Below are positions 12,030-28,770 of a stretch of 64,000 nt of DNA, in pieces (position 1 is the first letter of the stretch; the number at the start of each line of letters is the position of its first letter). This stretch comes from Macrostomum lignano. Its lineage: Eukaryota. A program made the translations under genes and the position numbers. The notes beneath the pieces are model-generated. The model did no database searches. It had not been told where the DNA came from and saw only the letters and a list, made by a program, of their open reading frames with translations. Location: assembly GCA_002269645.1 (NCBI GenBank), contig NIVC01001879.1, forward strand, positions 62,001 to 126,000, read 5' to 3'.

Positions 12030-12765
12030 GAGAAGGGTGAGAGAGAAGATGAGAAGAGAAAAGGAAGGGGGAGAGAAGAGGAGAGAGGAGAGGAGGGAAG
12101 GGAGACGAAAAGAGAGAAGGGAGGAGGAGAGGAGAGCAAAGAAAGGAAGGAAGCAGGGGAGAGAGAAGAAAAGAGAGAGAGAAGAGGAGAGAAAGGAGAG
12201 GAGAAGAGAGAGAAGAGAGAAACGAGGGAGGGAGAGAAGGGGGATAGGAGAGAGAAGAAAGGAGGAGAGGAGGTGAATAGGAGAGGAGGGAAGAGAGAAG
12301 AAGAGAGGTGGGGAGAGAGAAGAGGAGAGGAGGGGAGAGAGGAGAGGAGAGGTGGGGAGAAAGAAGAGGAGAGGTGGGGGAGAGAGAAGAGGAGAGGAGG
12401 GGAGAGAGAAGAGGAGAGGTGGGAGAGAGAAGAGGAGAGGAGGGGAGAGAGGAGAGGAGAGGTGGGGAGAGAGAAGAGGAGAGGTGGGGAGAGAGAAGAG
12501 GAGAGGAGGGGAGAGAGAAGAGGAGAGGAGGGGAGAGAGGAGAGGACGGGAGGGGAGAGAGGAGAGGAGAGGAGGGGAGAGAGTAGAGGAGAGAATGGAG
12601 GGAAGGTAGAGAGCAGAGGAGATATGAGGAGGGGAGAGAGGAGAGGAGAGGAGGAAGAGAGAGGAGGGGAGAGAGTAGAGGAGAGAATGGAGGGAAGGTA
12701 GAGAGCAGAGGAGACATGAGGAGGGGAGAGAGGAGAGGAGAGGAGAGAAAAGAGAAGAGAGAGGA
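12030..12765. repeat. Homopurine (GGAGA/GAGAG-type) low-complexity tract, about 0.73 kb
   Basis: Almost exclusively G/A on the + strand with rare pyrimidines. ORFs in both strands are low-complexity. Confidence 0.93.
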
Positions 12766-13864
12766 GATCAGACAGCCGGGATCGAGCTCAGAATAGAGCT
12801 AAGAAGAGACACAGACCTTGAGCTGGCCGGATCGCTATTGTGAAGTTTCAAAGGACCAGTGAGATCAGGGGCGGACAGAAAGGCGTTGCGTGCCGCATGT
12901 GGTTGCCAACGGACCGGAGTTTGCGGACCCAGCATTAAATGTACACCCTGATTTTCCCAAAAAGACAGTATTGTAGCAGCCATTTCCAACACGGATACTG
13001 TAAAATTGAGTTACTGTAGTCGAAGTGATCGGTAGGTATAATTTATTCTCACCTAAGATACCGATAAAAATCACTTCGATAACTAAACCGGTATTCAGAA
13101 GCCTCCTGAGTAGAAGTTCGGGTTCAGGGTCGAGATACCGGGTCATGGAGCACTTTATAACAGAACAGATGTGCACAAAAATATTTTTATTACTCTTGGT
13201 GTCTGATTACCTGACAGTTCTTGCACGTCAGGGGTTTCAGTTTCGAATTGGTCCCGAAAAAATTTTTTGATGTATAATTTGCAAGTTTATTTAAACAAAA
13301 AAATCAATTTGTTAGCTCAGACTGTAAATTTGTGTTAGATAATACAATACGATTAGCATGACAATAAGGGTGACACATGTAAATAGTGAAAATTAACATT
13401 CGAAAATACTAGTAAGTGCACTGCAAGTTAAATAACAACAAATACATAACAAATACATCTAATTGTCTAGTAGCGCGTTAAATTAATGCACTTTATTAAC
13501 CTTTTTATTTTTTATAACAGTTTTTAAGTTTCATAATCCCGTAAGTTGTGCAACCGCGCGCATTTTACAGTATTGAAAAATTCAAATTCGTGCCAAAATT
13601 GACTAACTGCAATAGTAGCACCTGGCGTTAGAATTTCTCCTTAAGTTCAAATTAAAGTTTTAAGAACTTGAATTTTAGGTGACTAACAAGCGGAAAAAAC
13701 TTTTGTTAAATTAAAGTGTACATTTCGACACAAATTAAATTGACAAATACTTTGAATTGTTTACTGTTTCATAAAGTCAAGTGTGACTAAATTAAAGTTT
13801 TGTATGTCATTTCGGTAGGTCAGGAATATCAATTTTAAGTGAGAGATTTCTGCATGAACTTCTT

Positions 13865-17357
<3,493 letters not shown>

Positions 17358-18464
17358 ATCTAAAAATGGTAGCTACTCGTAGCTGTTGCTTAGGCTGAGG
17401 CGATACTAGAAGCTCAACAAAAACACACCATGCACAGCTTGCGTTTGCTTATGGCGTTGTGGTTCGAAGCTAATATTTTATATACTATATACGTTGAATT
17501 TCAGCGGACCCCACAGCTGTCCGCACGAACTGGCATGCCAAAGTAAGAATTTTTGTCTTATACAGAAATATAAATTGACAAAAAAACTGAATGTTAACCT
17601 GCGGCAAGAAAGAATGAATGAGATGGAAGGCTCCGACAGACGGAAAGAAAGAGAGAGAGAGACTGGAAGAATGTCAACAAAAATCTCTGCTTCCATATGC
17701 TCATAAATATAGTTTTAGCTATTTTCAGAAACTTTCCACACTGCACAGTAATTCAAGGAGTCCTTGCACTCAGCATCTGGGGTGAAATCTGTGTACAACT
17801 GAACAGCCTACAAATTGATATATAGTTAATCTTGTGGTATAGCTGCGTGGGGTAACGCTAATTTATTGTACTTTAACAATAGTGTAGTCAGGGAGGTAGT
17901 CTTGATGATGGCGCCCCTGTTGTTGGCGCCTCTGCTGCTAGAACCTTCAAATGAAATGGCGCCCCCTCAAAGAAAATGGCGCCCCCTCAAAGGAAATGGC
18001 GCCCTAAAGACGCACCACCAATAATAATCAAGTGAACAGACTATTGTTTTTTAGCTTTGGCCGACAAATATTTTAGGCAGCAGTTGATGCTACAATTCCA
18101 GATATTTTTGCATCTGGAATTCTTTGAACGGAGAGTGTCATGAGGCCGGGAGGAGGTGAAACAGTGGTTAGCTTGCTCGAATGCGAGGTAATTGAAAGAG
18201 AAAGATTAAATTCTACATTGTAATGTCTGACTGTGTCTGACTGTGTATGGCAGTGCAGTATTTACATTAATGCTCTCTGCCACAATCAAACAATAAGCCA
18301 TTTTTTGTCCAGTTGGTGTGCACAAAAAGTTTCACCTATGTTAAAGAGCTACAAGCTTCCAAACTACGTTTCAGGCAACTTCACGACCAGTTCTTGTGGC
18401 CCGAAGGACTGGTACTTGATGACCCCGTACACACCGTATATTAGTCCCTAACAAAGCAGCTATG

Positions 18465-19004
<540 letters not shown>

Positions 19005-19564
19005 TGATTGAATCTGTCTATTTACTCAATGATGCTATCGATGAATAAATAATGAACTGGAGTGCCTGTGCGGTGGCGCCATAAAAAACCCTCTGCTGAT
19101 ACATAGATATGAGCAGCAGAATTAGCAGCATAGCTAATTAGCAGCAGAAGGGTTCGCGTTTTATGGTAGAATCTTATGCGAGCAATAATTGGAATACAAA
19201 TATATCTATTGTTTGTTTGAGTGGGAGCCTCATGCGTCTGATAATCAATTATTTTTTTGCAACCCAGTGACATTTTTTGTCAGCCAGAGGCATGTGATGG
19301 AGACTAGCCACGGCAGCTGTAAAATATTTTAGGCGGCGGTTGAGGTTGCACTGTCTTGTTGGACTGCGTTGGCTTGGTGATGACAGCTAAGTCTGGAGGA
19401 GCTCCCATCTCCCAGCCCCATCCTTCATCATGGATTGGCTGCAGCCTGCGCTCCTAACGGCATAAATGCAGGTTTGCCTGCTTCCCATCAGGTGTCCTAA
19501 CTCCCCGCAAACAATCTATCTAGCTAAAATTCACAGCTTAAAAACTTACACAATCTTGTTGAAT

Positions 19565-21532
19565 ATGAAATTCTCGGTCATTTTGGCGATTGTGCTGATA
19601 TGCAGTGAGTAAGCTCCATTCGATCCATATGCCTTCCTCTGTGGCTTACTGCAATCGTGGCTCACTTATTGGACGGCTATAGGTAAATATATCGATGTGG
19701 ACTGTCCATAAATCTTTGCTCAACTTTTAGTGACGGACGCTGTGGGCAACAAACGCTTCAATCGATTCGTCACCAGCGGCTCCGTTGAGCTGAGTGACTC
19801 TGTGAGCAGCTGGTTGTTCGTCGAGACCGAAGTCGCTTGGGAAAGTCAGTGCCTGCTGCTGTGCCAGCTCAGAGGCTGCGCTGTCGCCGAGCTGAACCAG
19901 ACCGCCAGAGTCTGTCGGGCAGTCAGCCTCAGCAATGAGTCATCGGGGCAGCCCGCCGGTCCAAACGGAAGTCACGTGACGAGACAGCTCGGCTCGCCCC
20001 ACGACAGCGCTGTGATTTTGTGGAAAGCGGAAGAATTTGAGCAGTACCTGATGAGCTTGACGTCGGCTGGAGACTTGCTTAGAAGTGAGTCATGAGATGC
20101 GAAAGTTCAAAAAAAGTTTGCAAAAATCGTTACACACAAAGCTTCATCAGTTATAATGGACATTGCATGAACCCCTGCAGACAGCAGCTCGGGCAGAAAC
20201 GGATCGATCGAAACCTTCACGGCTCCCGCTAGCGGCTGCTACCTGATCGAGGCTGCCGGAGCCAGAGGAGGCAACAACACCCTCACGAACACCACCGGAG
20301 GCCAGGGAGCCCAGGTGAGCGCCAGAGTCAACATGACAGCCGGAACCCAGCTGAGCATCGTGGTGGGCCAGATGGGCGGCTCGACCTCCCTGAGCAGCGA
20401 AGGAGGCGGCGGAGGCGGCGGCAGCTTCGTGTTCCGGACGAACGACCATCTGCTGCTGCTGGCTGCTGGCGGGGCGGTGGCGCCACTCTGTGGAAAAATG
20501 GTGAGATGTCACGCTTGCAGCTAACGGCACAGCAGATGCAATGGTACCTGCATTCAATACGGCAATAGTTAGTACGCCACAACTGTAAATCCTTAGCAGT
20601 TAGCTCGTATGCTTACTAATTATCCTGAGTAGTATGTATTGATTTCAATGAAGAACACTGCTAAGGCCACTCATCGTTGTTCAGGATGAGCGGCATGGAC
20701 TACTTAAGTAGAAGGACGCGACACGCGCAAAAAGTGCAAATTTTATTGGAGGCTGATTATTCAATCTTATGTGGCCCGGCTCCAGAAACTCGCCAAAGTG
20801 TAGTTTTTTTTTCACAGGATGCAAATAATTTAGTCCTCATTCATGTAAGACTTGTAATGTATGGTTTACACGATGCAGAAATTTTAGAAATTAGTTAAAG
20901 TCTAATTTAAAATAGGCCTAATACAATAATAGACGTAAAATATTTCTAAACAATACTAAGCAAAATGGAACAAGCAACAAAAAGTGGCAACCGCGTATTC
21001 TTGAGACATCTAAGCTTGTTTAAACTTTTTGGAACTCTGCGCAGGACGGCCAGGAGAAGTCGGCGTCAACGCTTCCGACAGCATCGGATCTGACTATTCC
21101 GCTACGGGATTCGGTGGCAGCAACGGCCAGCCGGGCTTCAACGATCCGAGCGGCACGCGGAGCGACACCAACCACGGTGGCTGCGGCGCCGGCTGGATCG
21201 GCAGGGCCATCAACTCGAGGCGCAGCTCCGACGATGGCGAGAGAGGCGGCGGTCTGGCCGAAGGCTTCGTCGGTGGCAGCGCCGGTGGTGGCAGCGCTTG
21301 CGACGGCGGCTTCGGCGGCGGCGGCGGAGGCGGCTGCATGTGCGGCAGCAAAAATGGAGCCCCGGGCGCTGGCGGCGGCTTCAGCGGCGGCGGGGCCGGC
21401 GTCGGCTACGGGCACATCGGCGGCGGCGGCGGCTCCTTCTGCCTGGGGGGCTGCGTCTCCGGAACCGTCTCGACTGGCGACCAGGGCTTCGCGTCCATCC
21501 GGTTGGAGTCCGTGTCCGGTAGCTGCGGCTGA
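19565..21532 (+). CDS. Secreted PAN/apple-like + ALK/LTK-type glycine-rich domain protein, 4 exons, about 400 aa, 1-nt frameshift at 20471-20474
   Basis: Exons 19565-19604, 19731-20084, 20181-20500, 21045-21532, all phase 1. Signal peptide MKFSVILAIVLIC; C-x3-C-x4-C-x11-C PAN-like pattern; FTAPASGCYLIEAAGARGG...LSIVVGQMG...GGGGGGGSFV...LLAAGGGGG matches the ALK/LTK glycine-rich region. Exon 3 is 320 nt and needs one more G to stay in frame with exon 4. No TM helix or kinase before the stop. Confidence 0.8.
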
Positions 21533-23176
21533 GAGGCAATATTGGTAGAGCTAAGAGTAAGATCAAGGCAGACAGTTTCACAAGCTCCGAACCTTCTCAA
21601 ATTCCCAAACGATTGAGAGTGCATATTGCGTCTATTATCAACTGCCGCGTGCAAAATGCTTGCAAAGAAATCAGTGAGCGCAATTTTTTGTCTGGAAATT
21701 CCACAAATAATTTTTTTACATGTAACACTACATGTACACACACACGACACACACTTTTTAATTGCAGAGCTCGTAATTGATACTACAAAAAGAAATGCAT
21801 GCATCGCCAAAAGACTGTTCGAACTAATTAACTCAATTTCCATATGCTGAAATGCTGCACTTCTTTTTGTAGTATTAACTGGCTCTTAAATTTAAACTTG
21901 TGCCTTTTGAAAGCTAAACACTGTGAGGATGAATAGCCAAATGAAGTGAAGTTTAGGAATTGTTTACAGATGTGCTGCTGAGAAACCGATAAATAAGACG
22001 AGTGACCCTGTATGAAACTTCTTTCTCTATTTGATTTGTTTTACCTTAATTCAGTTTAACGATTTTTTGAGATCAACGCGTCTTTTCCCTACCAAAAAGA
22101 CCAAAATGTACCAAGTTTGAAATCGTAGCTTATAAAATTTTGCGTAGAAAAAAAACCCAAAATGAAGATATATTCAATGAAACTATATTTTTTTGTCTTT
22201 TTCCGTTACAATAAACTAAAAATAAAACAAAAATTACCACACTTAGCTATTCCCGTATTTTTCTTGTGGTTTTGATCAATCTTCAATGGCTGTACATGCA
22301 TGCTGCAGCTCTGTGAAGATGTTTTTTACGACTAATTGTGATTTGAGTGTACGAGGTTTGCTGCTGGGAGCTATAAGACTCTCCGAGCCTTCTTAGTTCT
22401 GTAACCGTTTTCAACTTCGATCTAACTGCCCGGTGTCAAAAGTCGAGTCCTTCTTCAGACGGACTGGGAACAGACCCCCTTGACAAAATCCATTCAGATG
22501 ATACTGCTCTGAGTAGTCTGCCCAAGGCATGAATTTTATCCCCCGATTTCTGTGGGACAAAGCCAATAATTAAATTGTAGAGGCAGCTGCAACGATTCTG
22601 TATCTCGGCCCTTACTGATTTGCCATTTTGCTGAGGCTTGCTCGAAAATCCAGTTTGTGCTATAGTCCTCAAGGCTTTTTCTAAGACTAAGTCATAGACT
22701 TTGATTATACTCGTAGTTAGCCTAAGCGTGTTCAAACGAAGCGAAACCCTTCGCTTCGATGAAGGAATAGATTCCTTCATCCATGGGTGAAACGTACGTC
22801 AGCCCGCCCGCTGCAAATTGTCTTTGGCCGACTTCAATAAAAAAATCGAATGCATACATAAGTTTTTAGTTAATGTTTCTACAACTTGAATATACTGCTT
22901 AATAATGCTTAGTATCATTATCAGTTACTATTTTTTCGATTCACAAAATTTGGCCATAGACAATTCCTTAGATTTCATTCATTCTTTCTTTCTTTAGAGT
23001 GCTGGTGCGCCAATGTGGGGGCCCCCTTGACCCCGCTGTCTTCTGACTTAATGCCATAGACATCAGCGGGCCGTGAAACCAACTGAATGCATAGGAGTAA
23101 ATGGGATTTTACCATAGACAGTCTCAGCGGGCCGTGAAACGCGGTTTTTCGCTCACTAACTATAACACTGTATGAT

Positions 23177-23259
23177 TATCGAGAGGTAACGCTTCACACA
23201 CAACTGCCATACCGGCCGACGCGGTAAGGCAGTTGTGTGTGAAGCGTTACCTCTCGATA
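23177..23259. other. Near-perfect 83-nt hairpin
   Basis: 32-bp perfect stem (23177-23208 / 23228-23259), one A-A mismatch, 5 further bp, 7-nt loop. Confidence 0.9.
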
Positions 23260-24534
23260 GTGGAATTGTGTTTATTTTCGTCCAAAAACCAATTCAAAAC
23301 GGCTAGGACACAACTTCCCAGACGGGAATTGTTCACTAAGCGATTCTAGGGATTTGTGTCATAGGCATTTTCCACTTGGCGCAAGCCAAGTGATGGCCAT
23401 AGACTAAACGTCTGGAACGAAAAGTTAAGCGGAACAGCCTGAAATTACCATAGACGAAACATGTTAAATGAAGTTGTGGTCTTATAAGCTGGAACTCTGC
23501 AGCAGAGGATACATGTTCCTGTTTCTTCTGTTTGCCCTAACCTCTATTCATGCCACTCATACGAATGATAAATTGGTCGAATTTGCCGATTGAAAGCATT
23601 GACGGCTTGAATGGAATGAGGTCAACTTTCTCAGCGACTTGAGTATGGGTGGACGTGACGAGGCGGATGACGAAGAGTTGTTGGAGTTCATCCGATTCAT
23701 TGAATGCGGTAACGATGACGCTCTGCCACCACTGCCAAGCGAAGAAGAGGCTTGCCCCGAGGATCCCATGCGGAACAAACCATGCAATTCGGCCAATGTG
23801 AGTGTAACGTCTAAAGACATTTCTTATATAAATAAGAAGTTTTGATTTTTATAGTTAGAGATAATGTGGCCCAAACGAAACTAGGCACAATAATATGGAT
23901 GGGCTGCGGAGGGCAGAAACAAGCAGAAACGAGTTGTTGAATGCCTTAACCGCTGGTTGTGCTGTGCGACGATGTCGTAGAAGGAGTTGCCCCAAGGTGC
24001 CCACAACGCTTCTGCAATTATTAATAATATTTTATAATGATCAATATTACTATTAATATTATAATACCTATTATTAAATACAAACTTTTATTTGCAGAAA
24101 ATGAATAAATTAAAATGTCCAAAGGAACTTTGAATGCATGCAACTACAACTACAAGTTTATCGCTTACAAAGAGTCACATTCAGCCAAATTTTAGAGTAG
24201 GGGGGGGGGGTGGCTGAGAAACTTGATCCAGCGTGGGAGGCGTGGTGTGCTCAGAAATCCAGCTCAAGCACTGCAGTTGTGAGCGAATGACTCGAAGGGA
24301 TTACATGTATTGATAGATTTGGAATCGATCCAAAAATGTAGAACTTTTTTTCTAAATTTTTTTAATATAAGTCAAACTTTACTGAGACAAGTATATGCAA
24401 GCAGAAGTCAAGATACTTAACGAAAAGTGCCACGTTTTTTAATGCGTTTTTAGCGTGCAAGTCTTACTTAAATTCTCGAATGCATTGGGTTTTTGTCATA
24501 TTTTTCGTATCGAGTAGTGCATTCAGAATTCTCT

Positions 24535-24735
24535 CACTGACTGACTGACTGACTTAAGTGAATGGGTGACTGACTGACTCACTGACTGACTGACTGACTT
24601 AAGTGAATGGGTGACTGACTGACTGACTGACTGACTCACTGACTGACTGACTGACTGACTGACTGACTGACTGACTGACTGACTGACTGACTGACTGACT
24701 GACTGACTGACTGACTGACTGACTGACTGACTGAA
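24535..24735. repeat. (TGAC)n microsatellite with two TTAAGTGAATGGG interruptions
   Basis: Direct reading of the sequence. Confidence 0.97.
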
Positions 24736-25131
24736 TTGGCCGAAATTGACAAAGCATAGAAAAAAATTACAATGCAAACATGCAATTACTAGTATTTCAC
24801 AATACGTAGCTGTGATTTTATTTGAAGTACTGAGTTTATTTGAATAGTTTTTTAAATCAATTTTCTGTTATCAGAAAGTTGAAAGAAACAGTTAAAGAAC
24901 GGATCTCACAAAGCAGAAAAGTGGATAGTGGGCAGTTAGTTTTCTATGTTATCGTATCGTTGAAAATACGAAATACATGCAGATAGCTATAAATAGAGTT
25001 GTGATTCAATGTGCTTGCTTCAGGCTGAGTCTGAAAAGGATAAACTAAACGTTTTGCGGATTTATTTATCAGCAATTATATGTGCAGACTGCAGTCTTCT
25101 ATGGTGTTCAACGTTTGAATTAAAAATGAAC

Positions 25132-25603
25132 TCATAGTAAGCCGAGCTGCTGGCGGAGTCGTCTGCGAATGAAGTTGAACAGAGGAATGTAGGACGGTCG
25201 GCTCAGTCTGTTCGAGAGTCCTGCGTAGGTATTGTAAGGTTTTTAGAAATTAGCATTGCTAGATGATATTAAAGAAACGTGAAAAAGCCGCACCTTTCTT
25301 GTCTCGTCTTCCAGCAGCAATCGATGACTTGTTAGCAGTCCCGCCGCCTTCTTCGCGATGCTGCTGCAAACCGCGTAAAATTTCGATGCACAATCGCATG
25401 GCAACCAGTTTGTCCACGGTAGCTTTCGTTGAGGCCATCAACTTGTTGATGACATCGTCCGGTGACCACCAATCAGCTCGTTCAACGTCGATCTTGTCCA
25501 TTTTCATCAAAGGCTGGCTGATGGCGATGGGCAGGGCGATGGCAGAAGCGACCGCCACTGCGGCGACGCTGACCAGGGCAAATATGACAAGAAATTTTAC
25601 CAT
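25132..25603 (-). CDS. Secreted prepropeptide paralog 1 (SYIPxFNF family), 2 exons, 132 aa
   Basis: Exon 1 25603-25294 (signal peptide, helical pro-region, ...RRDKK), 73-nt GT-AG intron, exon 2 25220-25132 encoding GLSNRLSRPSYIPLFNFIRRRLRQQLGLL*. TATAAAAG about 60 nt upstream of the ATG. Confidence 0.85.
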
Positions 25604-26082
25604 TGTTGCTTTCCGAGATTGCTAGCTTTTCTCAATAGGAATGCTTTCTACTCATTTTCGAAAACTTTTATAGGCGAATCCAAAGCGAAGGCGGCTTAAC
25701 AGATTAAAATTGTGGGGGTTGCTTGAGGAAGATTGGCTGTCGACGATTTCCAGGGGGGGAGGGAGATGATTAGGCCTAAAAAATTGTGCAAAATTGTTTT
25801 TGAAATAATAAACACGTGCATCGCACCACACGCAGAACAGAACGTCTATCGATTAGGTAGAAGCGATGATCAAATCTCAGACTATTTACGACAGAGATAA
25901 TCGAACACCTGCATGATTTCCCTGCCTAATATGTTTATTTCTCTACGCCAATATCGATCCCTTCACTTGGAGCCAAATAGCTCCTGTTATACCGAAAATA
26001 TGGGGACAAATGGGATAAATGGGGATTTCATGTGATCGGAAACCTTCCTGTGTTATTTTCAGTTTACTCGTAATACGAACAT

Positions 26083-28674
26083 ATGTTTTCATTGTGTAAA
26101 TCCCTTCTGCACCTAGATGGCAACTACACTACCAGTGCCGAAGGTTCGCTAAATCTTCTTTTCTCCACCTGCTTTCCGCAGGTTGACGAACCGGAGTACG
26201 TAGTCGAAGACCACAGGCCTTGTGACCGTCCGCTTTTCCAGCAGTGCGCCAGTCCCCGGCTTCTCCAGCTGGCGGCAAATTCTTTTAAACCGTATAAATC
26301 GCCTGGCCCTGACAATATCGCCCCCTGTATCCTTCAGGAGGCGCTTAAGCTGCAAAACTTTGCTGATTGTCTCTCTAAATTGCTTGTTTACTGTTTTACT
26401 ACAGGTTACATTCCCACAATCTGGAGAATGTCCAGAGTCGTGTTCATACCGAAACCCGCCAAGGGTGACTACACCAATGTGAAATCCTTCCGGCCCATCA
26501 GCCTCACTTCCTTTTGTGTTAAGCTGATGGAGAGGCTCATCCTGTGGAGGCTTCGAGAGTGCGACCTGCGCTCCGACCCCGTCAGTAAGTACCAGTACGC
26601 CTTCCAGCCTGGAAAGACGACTGAGCATGCTCTCCATGCCATTACCTCCAAGATCGAGAGTGCCATCCTTAGCAAACAACTCGCCTGCGGGATGTTTGTT
26701 GACTTCGAAGGAGCGTTTGACAATGTCCTTTTCCGCTCCTTCAGAAACTCTCTTTCCCGCAGGAATGTGAGACACAGCACTGTCCGCTGGATTTATTTTA
26801 TGATCCACAATAGGTTTGCGACATCTACGCTTATGGGCGTTACCTACACCCGGGCGGTGATGAAAGGCGGCCCGCAAGGTGGCGTGCTAACTCCACTTCT
26901 TTGGAATCTCGTCATGGACGAACTTCTAACCGCTGACATTCCCAGCAGTATCACCAGGGCGGGCTACGCCGATGACGTTGCCGCGGTCGTCAGCGGACCC
27001 GACCCCGCCACTCTGCGCAACCTGATGCAGCAATTCGCCGACAAGGCGGCCGACTGGGCTACGCAGCATGGCCTAAATATCAGCGTCACCAAGACTGTCG
27101 CTGTCGTTTTCACCAAGCGCCGTGCGTGGGAGATGAAAAACCTCACTGTCTATGGCAGAAACATCCCCTTCAAGAAGGAGGTCAAACACCTCGGTGTGAC
27201 GCTAACGCATGACCTGCGCTGGACGAAGCACCTTGATAACGTCATCGGTCGGGCAAAACGCTGCTTTGCCCAGCTGCGCAGAGCCATCGGGCCGACTTGG
27301 GGCCTCTCACCTAGAACGGTCCGTTGGATTTTCACCGGCATCATCCGGCCCAGTATCACGTACGCGAGTCTCATCTGGACTAGCGTGCTGGAGCAGAAGA
27401 CCGCCCGTCAGCGCCTTTACCAGCTTCAGGGCAGCATTTGCCGTGCCATCACAGGTGCGTACCAGTCTACCCCCTACACTATCCTTAACCTGCCTCCGCT
27501 TCACCTATTCATTAGGGTGGAGGCTATGAAGTCAGCCTCCCGGCTTATCAGAGATAAAACGTTAAATAACGCACCCTCTGGCTTTATGCCAATGAAAACA
27601 TTAATCCCGCATATGGACTTTGTCCGCCGCGACCTCAACAACATCCACATGGACCTGGGCAATGTGGATAGTCGACCTCCCGCCCTCAACATCAGGAGGG
27701 GCTTCAAGACCGCCATCCCTGGCCGAGACAATATTCCGCTGGATGTCGGTGTGAACCGGCGCAGCCAGGGCATTCACTGCTTCACCGACGGCTCGCTGTT
27801 CAACGGCCGCGCTGGAGCGGGTATTGCCATTTTCCACGAGGGTAAGATGCTTTTCCAGGAAAGTCTGCACCTCGGTGAGAACACCTCAGTTTTCCAAGCT
27901 GAAATCTGCGCCATTGAGCAGTGTGCCCAGCAACTGCTTCAGGCGAACATGAATAACTTTGACATTAATTTCTACACTGATAGCCAAGCTGCTATTAAGG
28001 CCTTAACCACTGAGAATATCTCCGCTGCTACAGTATCTCAATGCCTCCGCAGTGTGCAATCTCTCTCAGTCCTTAACAGGATTAGAATTATCTGGACACC
28101 TGGTCACAGCAACATCCTGGGCAACGAGCTCGCGGACTCTCTCGCCAAGGAGGGCAGCAACCCAGACGGCAACCATCGTCTGATGAGGCTACCCACTCCC
28201 AGGTCGCAAGTCACCCGCCATATCAACAGGTGGCTCCATCAGCAGCACCAGCTCCACTGGAACAGCTGCACCGAGTACAGGCAGAGCCGCTCTGCCATGC
28301 CTAGCCTGAACAGGAAAGTCTCTGATTATCTGATTTTGCTTAACAGAACCGACCTCAGGGAGATGTGCATGGTCCTAACCGGCCATGGATTCTTCCAGAG
28401 ACATATATCGTTGCAAACCGGTTGCCCTCCCACCTGTCCTTTCTGTGGCATAGGAGAGGAGACCTCAGAGCATCACGTCACCTTCTGCCCTTACTTCAAC
28501 AAGGCGCGGCACAAATACCTCGGCCACCCCCAGCGGATGGACGAGCTGACCACCCCGGACAATATCCGTGACCTGCGCGCCTTCGTCCGGGACTCCGGCC
28601 GGATGAGGGTCGCCGATGCCTCCACTGCGAACCTGCCGACTACTGGCGGGGACTGGGCGCACCCCCAGGGTTAA
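26083..28674 (+). CDS. LINE ORF2 remnant: reverse transcriptase + RNase H + CCHC-like motif, uninterrupted 863 aa
   Basis: [32 protein letters not shown]; RNase H FTDGS...QAEI...TDSQAA...[12 protein letters not shown]; CPFC-x8-H-x4-C. Confidence 0.95.
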   Translation: MFSLCKSLLHLDGNYTTSAEGSLNLLFSTCFPQVDEPEYVVEDHRPCDRPLFQQCASPRLLQLAANSFKPYKSPGPDNIAPCILQEALKLQNFADCLSKLLVYCFTTGYIPTIWRMSRVVFIPKPAKGDYTNVKSFRPISLTSFCVKLMERLILWRLRECDLRSDPVSKYQYAFQPGKTTEHALHAITSKIESAILSKQLACGMFVDFEGAFDNVLFRSFRNSLSRRNVRHSTVRWIYFMIHNRFATSTLMGVTYTRAVMKGGPQGGVLTPLLWNLVMDELLTADIPSSITRAGYADDVAAVVSGPDPATLRNLMQQFADKAADWATQHGLNISVTKTVAVVFTKRRAWEMKNLTVYGRNIPFKKEVKHLGVTLTHDLRWTKHLDNVIGRAKRCFAQLRRAIGPTWGLSPRTVRWIFTGIIRPSITYASLIWTSVLEQKTARQRLYQLQGSICRAITGAYQSTPYTILNLPPLHLFIRVEAMKSASRLIRDKTLNNAPSGFMPMKTLIPHMDFVRRDLNNIHMDLGNVDSRPPALNIRRGFKTAIPGRDNIPLDVGVNRRSQGIHCFTDGSLFNGRAGAGIAIFHEGKMLFQESLHLGENTSVFQAEICAIEQCAQQLLQANMNNFDINFYTDSQAAIKALTTENISAATVSQCLRSVQSLSVLNRIRIIWTPGHSNILGNELADSLAKEGSNPDGNHRLMRLPTPRSQVTRHINRWLHQQHQLHWNSCTEYRQSRSAMPSLNRKVSDYLILLNRTDLREMCMVLTGHGFFQRHISLQTGCPPTCPFCGIGEETSEHHVTFCPYFNKARHKYLGHPQRMDELTTPDNIRDLRAFVRDSGRMRVADASTANLPTTGGDWAHPQG

Positions 28675-28770
28675 TCCTTGTGCTCTTTTACCTTGGGGTT
28701 GCGATAGGGGCCTCGCGGCCTATTCGCGGCGCCTGCGCCCCCCGTCAGTACTGGTAGTAGTAGTAGTAGT
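26097..28770 (+). mobile_element. 5'-truncated non-LTR retrotransposon (I-group, Loa/Lian-like) with (TAG)n tail and TSD
   Basis: TSD TTTCATTGTG at 26087-26096 and 28770-28779; TAGTAGTAG tail at about 28755-28770; no endonuclease domain present. Confidence 0.9.

Noticed and set aside
11992-12717. S/P/L-rich and E/R/G-rich ORFs
   Set aside because: Translations of the homopurine tract.
21020-21548. Ala-rich and Arg-rich overlapping ORFs around the glycine-rich exon
   Set aside because: Alternative-frame and antisense shadows of GGC-rich codons.
25259-25293. ORF-track C-termini GAAFSRFFNII, GVCNLFTV... and SEYLIHC... as mature peptides of the three precursors
   Set aside because: These are intron read-through; each begins at a GT donor, and the conserved peptide is on the downstream exon.
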